Source of the DNA: an uncultured Bacteroidales bacterium | GTDB taxonomy: Bacteria > Bacteroidota > Bacteroidia > Bacteroidales > VadinHA17 | DNA: 64,000 nucleotides | NCBI GenBank assembly: GCA_963717685.1 | Contig: OY970346.1 | Location: 258,970-322,969 of the forward strand | Direction of reading: 5' to 3' | In this document: positions 9,515 through 19,379 of the stretch, in pieces | Layout: each line of letters begins with the position of its first letter | Position numbering within the stretch: the first letter of the stretch is position 1 | Translations under genes and position numbers: made by a program | The notes under the pieces: generated by a model | The model's input: only the letters and a program-made list of their open reading frames with translations | Database searches by the model: none | Told to the model about the DNA's origin: nothing

Positions 9515-12500
9515 TTAAAATGTCAAATTAATACCAATCAAGTAGTTGCGGGTTGTAGGAGTATTTGTGCCTATAACAAGCAGACGGCTCTGGTAAGAAG
9601 GAACTGCCTGATTCTGGTTGCCATATGAGTTGGTTTCCGGATCCATACCTGATGCGTTGTAGTAGGGCGAGAACAATACGAATGCGTTCTCAACGGTGAC
9701 ATACAGACGCAGTTTCTCGATCCCTGCGTTCCTGATCCAGCTGAACCGGCTGAAATCATAACCAAGTGATATCGTACGTACCTTCAGATACGATGCATTG
9801 AAATAACCCAGGGTGCTTCCATACTTTGGATTGTCGCCGCTTAATTCTCCGGCCGGGTATGGATACTGGGCATTTGTGTTCCACGGTGTCCAGTAGTTCA
9901 CATTCACATTCTCCCTTCGTCCTGTCAGCAGATCGAGGTACCCAGCCGAATTATAGAGTGTGCTGATAAGGATACCACCGTTCTTGAAATCTCCGACCAC
10001 GTTAAAGTCAAATCCTTTATAAGCCACGCGGGTACTGAAACCGCCCTCAAAATTGGGATCAACCTTGATGGGTTGCATATCAGCGGCACCAATTGCCCTT
10101 GTCGGAGTACCGTCAGCGTTGTAGGTACCGGTATATTGCACCTTTATCATACCCACGTTTCCTCCCGGTTCCAGGATACTAAGATACTGATCTGACGCCT
10201 GCCAGATTCCTGTTTTCTTATAGTCGTAGATCACATTAATCGGATAACCCACGAACCACCAGTTGGCTAAGTCCTGGGTTTCTCCGGAAGCAAGGGACAC
10301 CAGCTTATTGCGGTTGGCATAAACGTTGATGCCGGCTTCCCAGGTCCAGCCGTTGAGGTTATTCAATATCACACCATTGAGCGAAAATTCGAGCCCTTTA
10401 TTCTGGGTTGCCCCGATATTTGACATAAAGCTGCTCACACCAGATGTGGGAGGCAGATTGACGCTCAGCAGAATATCATTGGTCTTTGTTATATAATACT
10501 CCACGGTACCAGAAAGGCGATTTTTCAGTAGTGAAAAGTCAAGGCCGAAGTTCCATGTCTTGGAGTATTCCCATCCCAGATTATAGTTAGGCAACTGGGA
10601 TACATAGTACCCCATTCCGTAAGTGCTGCTCCCAAAGTTCTGGGGTACGGCACTTAAAAGCCCAAGAGTCGAGTAAGGCGGAATAGCCTGATTGGATGTT
10701 TGTCCAAAGCCTACGCGCAATTTCAACATATCTATCACGCTTACATCCCGCATAAACGATTCGTTCTTTATATTCCATCCGACTGATACGGCAGGATATT
10801 CATGCCACTGATGTCCCGGTGCCAGTCTTGATGAGGCATCAGCGCGGAATGTAGCTGTAATCATATACCGGTTGTCGTATGAGTACATTGCCCGTCCCAT
10901 CCACGACATCAGTCCATACATATAATAGTTCTGCGAACTCGGGCTTACAGTAGTTGAAGTACCTTGACCAAGGTTGTAGAATTGAAGGTAATCATCCGGG
11001 ATACCCAGTGCCGAAACGTAGGAGCTGTTATAAAAGGTCTGCTCGGCAGAGTACAATGCAACCAGGTTCAGCTGGTGTTTTTCAGCAAATGTATGATCAT
11101 AGGTCAGCAGGTTTTCCACTGCCCAGTTGGTACTGAGAGAGTTGCTGATCCAGGCAGATGATACGGTCGTGGGAATGCCACTGAACACTCCCTGTCCTGT
11201 GTAGTTCCCGCCATTGGTCACGCGGAAGTTCAGACCGACGTTGATGCGATACTTCAAGCCCTCCACGCCTGGGATCTTCACCTCTCCATAGAGAGAGTTA
11301 TATGAGCCATAAGCCTTGGTTAAGTCTGCCCATGTATCGCCCAAAGCATCCATGGTTTTCCTGGTATATACCCAGTTTTGATCCGCGGCCATAGTAACGA
11401 TTGATTTCATTGTCCCATCCGCGTTGTAAGGGCTGGAAATAGGCGTGGTGCTTAACACACCGTATAGCCCGATGTCAGCGCCGTTAGTCTCTGAATAATT
11501 GTTATTTGAAGTGAAGCCGAGGCGGATATATTTACCTATTTCCTGGTCAACAGAGCCTCGCAGTGTATAACGGTTAAAATTCTGAAGAGGAACCACTGCC
11601 TGATCACGGTAGTAGCCTAGGCCGAAACTGTAGCTGCCTTTTTCGGTACCGCCTGAGACGCCCAGATCATGACTTGTCACCATACCTGTTCTGAAGAATT
11701 GATTCTGCCAGTTTGTATTTAAACTGTCATATTCATCTGCACCGTTTTTGAATTTATTTGCAACCTTGCGCAGAGAATCAAATTGCGGTCCGTTCATCAT
11801 CGGGTAGTTTGAGAAAACCGTTTTCAGACCGAAATAAGCATTGTAGGTTATATGCGGTTTTTGTGCGAACTGCCCTTTATTGGTCGTAATCAGTATGACT
11901 CCGTTAGCGCCGCGTGAGCCGTAGATGGCTGTTGCCGAAGCATCCTTCAATATATCGACACTCTTGATGTCGCTCGGGTTCAGGTCGCTGATACTTCCTG
12001 CATAGGGGATACCGTCGACTACCAGCAGCGGGTCGTTGCTGGCATTCAGGGAACGCGTACCGCGAATACGGATCTGCATTGTGGCGCCGGGTTGTGTGCT
12101 AGTCGGCGACAACTCCACACCTGGAACACGTCCAATCAAAGCCTGCGAAACATCAGAGCTCGGCACCTGACGTATATCATCTCCACCAATTGAAGCGATA
12201 GATCCGGTAAGATCTTTTTTCTTCGCGGTGCCATAGCCAATTACCACAACTTCATTTAATCCTGTAAGACTTTCTGACAGGCTTACATTAATCACAGCCT
12301 GTCCGCCGACAGTGACTTCTTTCGTCTCATATCCGACGAATGTGAAGGTAAGGACTGAACTTGCTGAGGAGATCGATATTGTGAATTTGCCATCAGGTCC
12401 TGTAAGCACACCGTTTATAGTCCCTTTTTCCAATACGTTGACGCCGGGCATCGGATTATTGTTAGCATCAACAACTTTCCCGGTAATACTCCTCTGTTGT

Positions 12501-12649
12501 GAATCTCCCGAATTCTGGGAAATAATTCCAGGGGATGCAAATGCCCGGAATGATCCTCCTAAAAGGAGAATGGCGCATACTCCGGATATAAGCATAATTT
12601 TTTTAAAGCATTCATAAATAAAAATGCTTCTCGAAGGTTTTTTTACCAT
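9515..12649 (-). CDS. SusC/RagA-family TonB-dependent outer-membrane transporter
   Basis: 1044 aa. It has a carboxypeptidase-regulatory-like N-domain (ITGKVVDANNNPMPGVNVLEKGT...TFTFVGYE) and a plug (DILKDASATAIYGSRGANGVILITT). A long beta-barrel ends in an aromatic residue (GINLTF). Confidence 0.9.
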   Translation of the reverse strand: MVKKPSRSIFIYECFKKIMLISGVCAILLLGGSFRAFASPGIISQNSGDSQQRSITGKVVDANNNPMPGVNVLEKGTINGVLTGPDGKFTISISSASSVLTFTFVGYETKEVTVGGQAVINVSLSESLTGLNEVVVIGYGTAKKKDLTGSIASIGGDDIRQVPSSDVSQALIGRVPGVELSPTSTQPGATMQIRIRGTRSLNASNDPLLVVDGIPYAGSISDLNPSDIKSVDILKDASATAIYGSRGANGVILITTNKGQFAQKPHITYNAYFGLKTVFSNYPMMNGPQFDSLRKVANKFKNGADEYDSLNTNWQNQFFRTGMVTSHDLGVSGGTEKGSYSFGLGYYRDQAVVPLQNFNRYTLRGSVDQEIGKYIRLGFTSNNNYSETNGADIGLYGVLSTTPISSPYNADGTMKSIVTMAADQNWVYTRKTMDALGDTWADLTKAYGSYNSLYGEVKIPGVEGLKYRINVGLNFRVTNGGNYTGQGVFSGIPTTVSSAWISNSLSTNWAVENLLTYDHTFAEKHQLNLVALYSAEQTFYNSSYVSALGIPDDYLQFYNLGQGTSTTVSPSSQNYYMYGLMSWMGRAMYSYDNRYMITATFRADASSRLAPGHQWHEYPAVSVGWNIKNESFMRDVSVIDMLKLRVGFGQTSNQAIPPYSTLGLLSAVPQNFGSSTYGMGYYVSQLPNYNLGWEYSKTWNFGLDFSLLKNRLSGTVEYYITKTNDILLSVNLPPTSGVSSFMSNIGATQNKGLEFSLNGVILNNLNGWTWEAGINVYANRNKLVSLASGETQDLANWWFVGYPINVIYDYKKTGIWQASDQYLSILEPGGNVGMIKVQYTGTYNADGTPTRAIGAADMQPIKVDPNFEGGFSTRVAYKGFDFNVVGDFKNGGILISTLYNSAGYLDLLTGRRENVNVNYWTPWNTNAQYPYPAGELSGDNPKYGSTLGYFNASYLKVRTISLGYDFSRFSWIRNAGIEKLRLYVTVENAFVLFSPYYNASGMDPETNSYGNQNQAVPSYQSRLLVIGTNTPTTRNYLIGINLTF

Positions 12650-12983
12650 ACATCTGTAGTTTTAGGGTTAATTAAATAATGATGTTATACAATGAGCATC
12701 TGTAGTTAACTTCTTATTTTCAACAGGAAATACCATCACATCTCCTGTTCATTCTAACAGGAATAGGATTATATCATAGGCATTTTATAATTACTATTTT
12801 CAACCCTGAATCTCATAATATTTCTTAAGAACTCAGAAAGAAATCTCGATCAGCAAGTATCAAATATAAAACATATTTTTAAATATTGCAACCGATTGCA
12901 TAATTTTTTTATACGCTTTCAACATTAATTTTATCAGCTTTATAATAAATCGTATTTATTCTTATATTTTGAACAAAAACCTT

Positions 12984-14510
12984 ATGAAAAAAATTATGGT
13001 CTTTCTGGTCAGCTCCCTAATGCTAAACCCGGCCACAACTCAGAATATGCCGACCGGCATCTTCCGGTTAAGCGGTGATATTGGAAACCCTCAAAACCAT
13101 GGTCTTGCAGTCTATACTGAAACAGATCAGTCGTACAGGCTGAAAGGTTCAGGCTATAATATATGGTTTGACAAGGATGAGTTTTATTTTCTTTATAATA
13201 AAATAAAGGGGGATTTTATTCTGACAGCAGATTTTGAATTAACCGGAAAAGGAGGAAACGCCCACAGGAAGACAGGATGGATGGTAAGGGAGAATTCAGA
13301 AGGCAATTCACCTCATGTTTCGGCAGCCCTGCACGGGAACGGGCTGACTGTAATGCAATGGAGAAGCCAGAAAGGTCAGATGATGAGGGATCCCGAAGAT
13401 GAGATCTTTGCCGGGGATTCATCTTATAATGTCATTCAGCTTGAAAGGGCTGGGAAAAAATTCATAATGAGGGCTGCAAGGGCCGGAAAGCCGTTTGAAG
13501 TAATCGGTTCACATGAAATGGAAGAGATGCCCGACGAGGTTCTTGCCGGAGTGTTCATCTGTTCACATGACCCGGCCGCTACCGAAGAAGTGCTGGTCTG
13601 GAATGTAAGGATAGACAGGCCTGTCAGCGACAATTATGATCCAGGAAAGGACGGCTATCTTGGATGCAGGCTTGAAACAATGAATATTTCTGATGGAAAA
13701 AGGATGGTCATTTTTGAAAAGCCATCCAGGTTCGAAGCACCCAACTGGATGCCTGACGGAAACAGACTGCTTTTTAACATGGACGGATCGCTTTATACAA
13801 TTCCTGCAATCGGTGGCGAAATAACTAAAATCAATACCGGATCAGCCGACAGGATTAATAATGATCATGGCATTTCATTCAACGGGAAATGGCTGGCAAT
13901 AAGCAACAGCCGTGAAGGAATGCCGGGAGGTGGCTCGACGGTATATATGCTGCCTGTCAACGGCGGCACACCAAGGATGATTACCGATAACACTCCTTCA
14001 TATTGGCATGGATGGGCCCCCTCAAACAAGGAAGTCATTTATGTTGCGCAAAGAAACGATATACCTATATATAATATATACAGGAATTCAATCAGGGGAG
14101 GAAAAGAGGTCGCACTTACGAATATAAAGGCAGGTGAACATGTAGATGGCTGTGAGTATTCTCCCGATGGCAAATATATCTACTACAATGGCAGTCAGAC
14201 TGGTAAAATGCATATCTGGCGGATGAAACCTGACGGATCCGGAAGAGAAGAGCTCACTTTTGAAGAATACAATGACTGGTTCCCGCATATTTCACCTGAC
14301 GGCAAATGGATCGTATTCATTTCTTTCTCCGCTGATGTTGACCCGAATTCCCATCCCTCATATAAGAGGGTTATGCTAAGGATAATGCCTGCGTCAGGCG
14401 GTAGCCCGAGGACAATTGCATATTTATACGGAGGCCAGGGTACCATAAATGTTCCCTCCTGGTCGCCCGACAGCAGGTCAATTGCTTTTGTAAGCAATTC
14501 CGGAAAATAA
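12984..14510 (+). CDS. Secreted TolB-like / PD40 beta-propeller repeat protein with an N-terminal ~200-aa beta-sandwich domain
   Basis: The track ORF starts at TTG 12969; the ATG at 12984 (MKKIMVFLVSSLML) is the more likely start. PD40-type repeats: SPDGKYIYYNGSQTGKMHIWRMKPDGSG, SPDGKWIVFISF, WSPDSRSIAFVSN. Confidence 0.7.
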   Translation: MKKIMVFLVSSLMLNPATTQNMPTGIFRLSGDIGNPQNHGLAVYTETDQSYRLKGSGYNIWFDKDEFYFLYNKIKGDFILTADFELTGKGGNAHRKTGWMVRENSEGNSPHVSAALHGNGLTVMQWRSQKGQMMRDPEDEIFAGDSSYNVIQLERAGKKFIMRAARAGKPFEVIGSHEMEEMPDEVLAGVFICSHDPAATEEVLVWNVRIDRPVSDNYDPGKDGYLGCRLETMNISDGKRMVIFEKPSRFEAPNWMPDGNRLLFNMDGSLYTIPAIGGEITKINTGSADRINNDHGISFNGKWLAISNSREGMPGGGSTVYMLPVNGGTPRMITDNTPSYWHGWAPSNKEVIYVAQRNDIPIYNIYRNSIRGGKEVALTNIKAGEHVDGCEYSPDGKYIYYNGSQTGKMHIWRMKPDGSGREELTFEEYNDWFPHISPDGKWIVFISFSADVDPNSHPSYKRVMLRIMPASGGSPRTIAYLYGGQGTINVPSWSPDSRSIAFVSNSGK

Positions 14511-14593
14511 GCCAGGGAATCATAAAAAATCAGGATTTTGCAAAGAATTTAAAAAATATCTTTACTTTGCTATTGGAATATTAACCTGACCTG

Positions 14594-15307
14594 ATGATAT
14601 TTTCGGGTATTTATACCTTGCTTTCCATCCCTGTCTTTGGTATCCTGTATATTTATACCGGCATAAGCTTGCTTTTTGTAATTTCACTGTCATGGATGAA
14701 TGCAAGAAAGCCGGTGCAGTTTATTTTAAAGATCTGGGCCAAGACGGTGTTTTTCCTTATGTTCAAGAAATTGAGGATCCACGGATTGGAGAATATCAAT
14801 AAAAATGAGAAATATATTCTCCTGGCAAATCATGCAAGCCTTTTCGATATTGTGGCAATTGAATCATTCTATCCACGCGTGTCATGGTTCGGGCACGAAC
14901 GTCTCCTGAAAATCCCGCTTTTTGGCAAATTTCTGAAATTGACTGACTATGTGCCTTTCAGGGAACCGACGGTTACAAATACGAGGCACATGCTTGAGCA
15001 GCTGCTTGAAAAAGCCAATAATAGTACAGTTGCGCTGTTTCCCGAAGGCACAAGAACTACAAACGGCAATATAAATCCTTTTTACAGGGGATTCATATAT
15101 CTTTTCAGGACAAGAAACATTTCGATATTGCCTGTGACACTTAACGGCTTTTATTCTTTCAAGCCCAAAACAAGATTCTATATAAATTTCGGGTCGAAGC
15201 TTGATGTTGTGATCCATAAACCTATTCCAAGGCAGGACCTGATAAATAAAAGTGACAGGGAAATAATTGACACAATAAAAGTCGTGATTGAATCGGCATA
15301 TCGTTAA
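14594..15307 (+). CDS. plsC: 1-acyl-sn-glycerol-3-phosphate (lysophospholipid) acyltransferase
   Basis: 237 aa. HX4D motif (LLANHASLFD) and the FPEGTRT block. Confidence 0.8.
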   Translation: MIFSGIYTLLSIPVFGILYIYTGISLLFVISLSWMNARKPVQFILKIWAKTVFFLMFKKLRIHGLENINKNEKYILLANHASLFDIVAIESFYPRVSWFGHERLLKIPLFGKFLKLTDYVPFREPTVTNTRHMLEQLLEKANNSTVALFPEGTRTTNGNINPFYRGFIYLFRTRNISILPVTLNGFYSFKPKTRFYINFGSKLDVVIHKPIPRQDLINKSDREIIDTIKVVIESAYR

Positions 15308-15369
15308 ATGCTCAGCATGCCGTAAAAATACGATCATTACATTTTAACTGTTCTTAATTTATTGTATAC

Positions 15370-16302
15370 ATGGCGCAAAATGATAAAGAGAAATGGGCCT
15401 TTATAGTCAACCCCATTTCAGGGAATTGCTTTGGCAGGACGATGGTCCCAGTCATTGAAGAAATGATGAAGAAATATGACATTGACGGCGAGATACATCT
15501 GACTGAAAGGCCCGGTCATGCGACAGAGCTTTCAAGATCATTCGCAGAAAAGGGCATTAAATTCATTATTGCCGTCGGTGGAGACGGAACGATGAACGAG
15601 GTTGCAAAACCTCTTGTAAATAATGAAAATGCCGTGACGGGAATTATCCCTGCTGGCACCGGTAATGATTTTAACCAGATCCCGGGGTTTCCAGATCGTT
15701 TCAATGAAAACGACTGGGAAATCTTTTTCAGGAAAAACATAATCCGGCTCGATGTCGGAGTTCTGAATGATATATATTTCCTTAATGGACTTGGAATCGG
15801 CTTTGACGCAGAAGTAGCCGCGCAAAACTATACTGAGGAAGGACAGGTAAGAAAAGGAGGAAATGATAAATATATCTGGCATATTGTCAAGACTCTCCTG
15901 TTCTTCAGGGAAAAAAGAATGATTGTCGTAAGCGACGGATCAAGGCATGAAACCGACTGCTTTATCAATACTGTCTCGATAGGAAGGCGCTTTGCGGGCA
16001 GTTTCTTCCTGACTCCAAGGGCTATTGCCAATGACGGGCTGCTGGATGTGTGCTCAATCAGAAAATTAAACCTGTTCAACAGATTCAGACTGCTTCTTAA
16101 AGTGCCTAAAGGAACCCATATCGAAGATAAAAGAGTACATTATTTCCAGACGTCCTCCATTGACCTGGATTTTCCTCAAAAGGTTCCGTATCATGTCGAC
16201 GGTGAGATCGGTTTTGCTCAATCCTTCAAAATCAGGATTATACCGGCTGGCATCAACATCATATATAACCCTGATGGCGATCATTACTTCAAAAGAGGAT
16301 AA
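15370..16302 (+). CDS. Diacylglycerol-kinase-family lipid kinase (YegS/BmrU type)
   Basis: 310 aa. IIAVGGDGTMNEV and PAGTGNDF motifs. Confidence 0.8.
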   Translation: MAQNDKEKWAFIVNPISGNCFGRTMVPVIEEMMKKYDIDGEIHLTERPGHATELSRSFAEKGIKFIIAVGGDGTMNEVAKPLVNNENAVTGIIPAGTGNDFNQIPGFPDRFNENDWEIFFRKNIIRLDVGVLNDIYFLNGLGIGFDAEVAAQNYTEEGQVRKGGNDKYIWHIVKTLLFFREKRMIVVSDGSRHETDCFINTVSIGRRFAGSFFLTPRAIANDGLLDVCSIRKLNLFNRFRLLLKVPKGTHIEDKRVHYFQTSSIDLDFPQKVPYHVDGEIGFAQSFKIRIIPAGINIIYNPDGDHYFKRG

Positions 16303-16960
16303 AGGCTTCAAATACATCGCTTTTTTTGATCTTGACAGGACAATTACGAAGGCTATAAGCGGAAGGGCTATCGCCATAGGCGCTTTCAAAAATGGCCTGA
16401 TGAAAAGAGAGAATATCGCCGGTGCCCTTTACCTTGGAATTTCCTACAGGCTCGGACTGGCTGACCCTGCAAGGGCCTCGGAAAAAATGATCGGCTGGAT
16501 AAAAGGAATCCCTGAAAAGGTAATAGCCGATCTGTGTGAAGAAGTGTTCCGGAAGGTGATGTTGCCTTCAATCTATCGGGAAGCAGCCGCTGAGATAAAA
16601 ATCCATAAGGCAAACGATGCCAGAATTGTGATACTGTCATCCTCGCTTGCCCCAATATGCAGGGCTATTGCTGATTATCTTAATTTTGATGATATAATCT
16701 GTTCCCGCCTTGAAGTCCTGAACGGCTGTTTCACGGGCAGGCCTGAGGGATATTTATGTTATGGAAATGAAAAGCTGGCCAGACTCAGGGAATATTGTGA
16801 AAAAAACAACAGCGCACCTGAAAGTTCATGGTACTATGCCGATGCAATTATCGATCTGCCTGCATTAAGCGCTGTGGGTTTCCCGATATGTGTGAATCCG
16901 GACAACATGCTGAAGAAAGCCGCGCTGGTAAAGGGATGGAAGATTGTCCACTGGAAATAA
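16274..16960 (+). CDS. HAD-IB family hydrolase (SerB-like phosphatase)
   Basis: The track ORF starts at 16160, inside the preceding gene. The plausible start is ATG 16274 (MAIITSKEDKGFKYIAFFDLDRTIT), which gives the DxDxT motif near the N-terminus. Confidence 0.7.
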   Translation: MAIITSKEDKGFKYIAFFDLDRTITKAISGRAIAIGAFKNGLMKRENIAGALYLGISYRLGLADPARASEKMIGWIKGIPEKVIADLCEEVFRKVMLPSIYREAAAEIKIHKANDARIVILSSSLAPICRAIADYLNFDDIICSRLEVLNGCFTGRPEGYLCYGNEKLARLREYCEKNNSAPESSWYYADAIIDLPALSAVGFPICVNPDNMLKKAALVKGWKIVHWK

Positions 16961-17195
16961 GATCAGACAATTTGTATAGACATAAAAACCAGGTACAGAT
17001 AATCTGATCCCAATTTCTGCAGGCAAAAGACAGCATTTACAATTGCAGGCATCTAATATTCAGTTCTGATCGGGAATGACAGCTTTTGAACCCGGTTTAT
17101 TGCAAACTCCTTGCGATAAGTTTTAATTATAATTATTTTTGGGACAGTGAGCCTTTTGATATTTCAGTAATTTTTCAAACTATTCCATATGAATC

Positions 17196-19307
17196 ATGAA
17201 TAAATTAACCATTACCGTTTTGCTGACTGCCATGATGATTTCCTGCAATGTCGGATCAAACAACAGGGTGAAATATCCTGTAACAAAAAAAATAAATGTC
17301 GTTGACACCATTTTCGGCACTCCGGTGACTGATCCTTACCGATGGCTCGAAAATGACATGTCGGATGAAACAGCTGACTGGGTAAAGGAAGAGAATGCTG
17401 CCACATTCGGTTATCTGGAAAAGATACCTTACAGAGAACAAATAAGGAAAGGCCTGACTAAAATATGGAATTATGAGAAATTCGGCCTGCCCTTCATTGA
17501 AGGAGACTTTACCTATCTTGAAAAAAACAACGGCCTTCAGAATCAAAGCGTATTGTACCGCCAGAAAGAGGGAGGAGAGCCCGAATTGTTCCTTGATCCG
17601 AACACATTCTCAAAAGACGGGACCACTTCACTCGGAGAGATCGGATTCTCGAGGGATGGAAGCAAGGTTGCCTATTCTGTATCCGAGGGCGGATCGGACT
17701 GGAGGAAAATCATAGTCATGAATGCGGTCACCGGGAAGATCACTGAAGATACTCTTTACGATGTGAAATTCAGCGGAATATCGTGGCAGGGCAATGATGG
17801 ATTTTACTATTCAAGCTACGATAAGCCAAAAGGAAACAAGCTTTCAGCAATGACTGATCAGCAAAAGCTCTATTATCACAAGCTTGGAACAATGCAATCT
17901 GAAGATAAAGTTGTGTTCGGGCTCGATAAAAAAAGAAGATATGTCAACGGGTATGTCACGGAAGACGACAGGTATCTAGTTGTGACAGCAGCACAATCCA
18001 CTACCGGAAATGAATTATATATAAAGGACCTTACCGGCAAGTCGGCTGATTTCCGGGTGGTAGTCGGGAATTTTGACAGCGACAATAACATTATCGATAA
18101 TCAAGGCTCAAAACTGTTCATCGTCACAAACCTGAATGCACCGAACAACAGGATTGTCACGGTGGATGCCGGAAATCCGGGTACAGGAAACTGGGTGGAT
18201 TTCATCCCGGAGACAGAGAATCTCCTTCAACCTTCCACAGGGTCGGGATATATATTTGCCAATTATCTCATTGACGCAATCTCCAGAGTAAAGCAGTACG
18301 ACAGAAACGGTAAAATGATCCGGGAAATTTCGCTGCCCGGACCTGGCACTGCTTCCGGCTTCAGTGCAAAGGAAAAAGACAATGTGGTTTACTACTCCTT
18401 TACCAATTATATTACTCCTCTCACAATTTTCAAACTTGATCCTCGATCCGGAGAGGCAGATGTATTTAAAAAACCTGCAGTTGCATTTAAAAGTGAGGAT
18501 TTTATATCAGAGCAGGTTTTCTATAATTCCAAGGATGGAACCCGGATACCCATAATCATAACCTATAAAAAGGGGACATTGCCTGATGGCAAAAATCCTG
18601 CATTGCTATATGGCTACGGCGGATTCAGCATAAGCGAAACTCCAGGATTTTCAGTCACCACAGCATTCTGGCTTGAAAAAGGAGGAATATACGCAGTGCC
18701 GAACATAAGGGGCGGCGGTGAATACGGCGAGAAATGGCACCTGGCAGGAACTAAAATGAACAAGCAGAATGTGTTTGATGATTTCATTGCCGCAGCTCAG
18801 TATCTTATTGATAAAAAGTACACTTCACCTGATTTCCTGGCAGTAAGAGGGGCATCGAACGGAGGTTTGCTTATCGGTGCCGTTCTGATACAGCGTCCCG
18901 ATCTTTTCAGGGTGGCTTTGCCTGCAGTAGGTGTTCTTGATATGCTCAGATATCACAAATTCACTGCGGGAGCCGGATGGGCTTATGATTTCGGGACAGC
19001 AGATGATAGCCCTGAAATGTTCAGGTACCTGCTGAAATATTCACCCGTGCAAAATGTCAGAGAGGGGACTCAATATCCTGCAACTCTCATTACCACGGGC
19101 GACCACGATGACAGGGTCGTTCCTGCACATTCCTTCAAGTTTGCTGCCCAGTTGCAGGCAAAACAGGCAGGGACAAACCCGGTATTGATACGGATTGAGA
19201 CGAGGGCAGGACATGGAGCCGGAACACCGGTAAGCAAGACAATTGATCAATATACCGACATCTTCAGCTTCACTCTCTGGAATATGGGCATTAAAAAACT
19301 GAAATGA
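17196..19307 (+). CDS. Prolyl oligopeptidase (peptidase family S9A)
   Basis: 703 aa. N-terminal propeller with DPYRWLE, catalytic GASNGGLL, later GDHDDRV and RAGHGAG. Confidence 0.9.
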   Translation: MNKLTITVLLTAMMISCNVGSNNRVKYPVTKKINVVDTIFGTPVTDPYRWLENDMSDETADWVKEENAATFGYLEKIPYREQIRKGLTKIWNYEKFGLPFIEGDFTYLEKNNGLQNQSVLYRQKEGGEPELFLDPNTFSKDGTTSLGEIGFSRDGSKVAYSVSEGGSDWRKIIVMNAVTGKITEDTLYDVKFSGISWQGNDGFYYSSYDKPKGNKLSAMTDQQKLYYHKLGTMQSEDKVVFGLDKKRRYVNGYVTEDDRYLVVTAAQSTTGNELYIKDLTGKSADFRVVVGNFDSDNNIIDNQGSKLFIVTNLNAPNNRIVTVDAGNPGTGNWVDFIPETENLLQPSTGSGYIFANYLIDAISRVKQYDRNGKMIREISLPGPGTASGFSAKEKDNVVYYSFTNYITPLTIFKLDPRSGEADVFKKPAVAFKSEDFISEQVFYNSKDGTRIPIIITYKKGTLPDGKNPALLYGYGGFSISETPGFSVTTAFWLEKGGIYAVPNIRGGGEYGEKWHLAGTKMNKQNVFDDFIAAAQYLIDKKYTSPDFLAVRGASNGGLLIGAVLIQRPDLFRVALPAVGVLDMLRYHKFTAGAGWAYDFGTADDSPEMFRYLLKYSPVQNVREGTQYPATLITTGDHDDRVVPAHSFKFAAQLQAKQAGTNPVLIRIETRAGHGAGTPVSKTIDQYTDIFSFTLWNMGIKKLK

Positions 19308-19379
19308 ATCTATCCGGTGAAAGGACAAATAAACATGAGTCCTTACCGGCCGTTCATAAACTCATATAAAAACCATAAA

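Noticed and set aside
14882-15337. 151-aa minus-strand ORF opposite plsC
   Set aside because: It is antisense to a gene with clear HX4D and FPEGTR motifs, and no motif is recognisable in it.
16160-16273. N-terminal extension of the HAD hydrolase ORF
   Set aside because: The extension lies entirely within the preceding lipid kinase gene in another frame. The DxDxT motif should sit near the true N-terminus, which favours ATG 16274.
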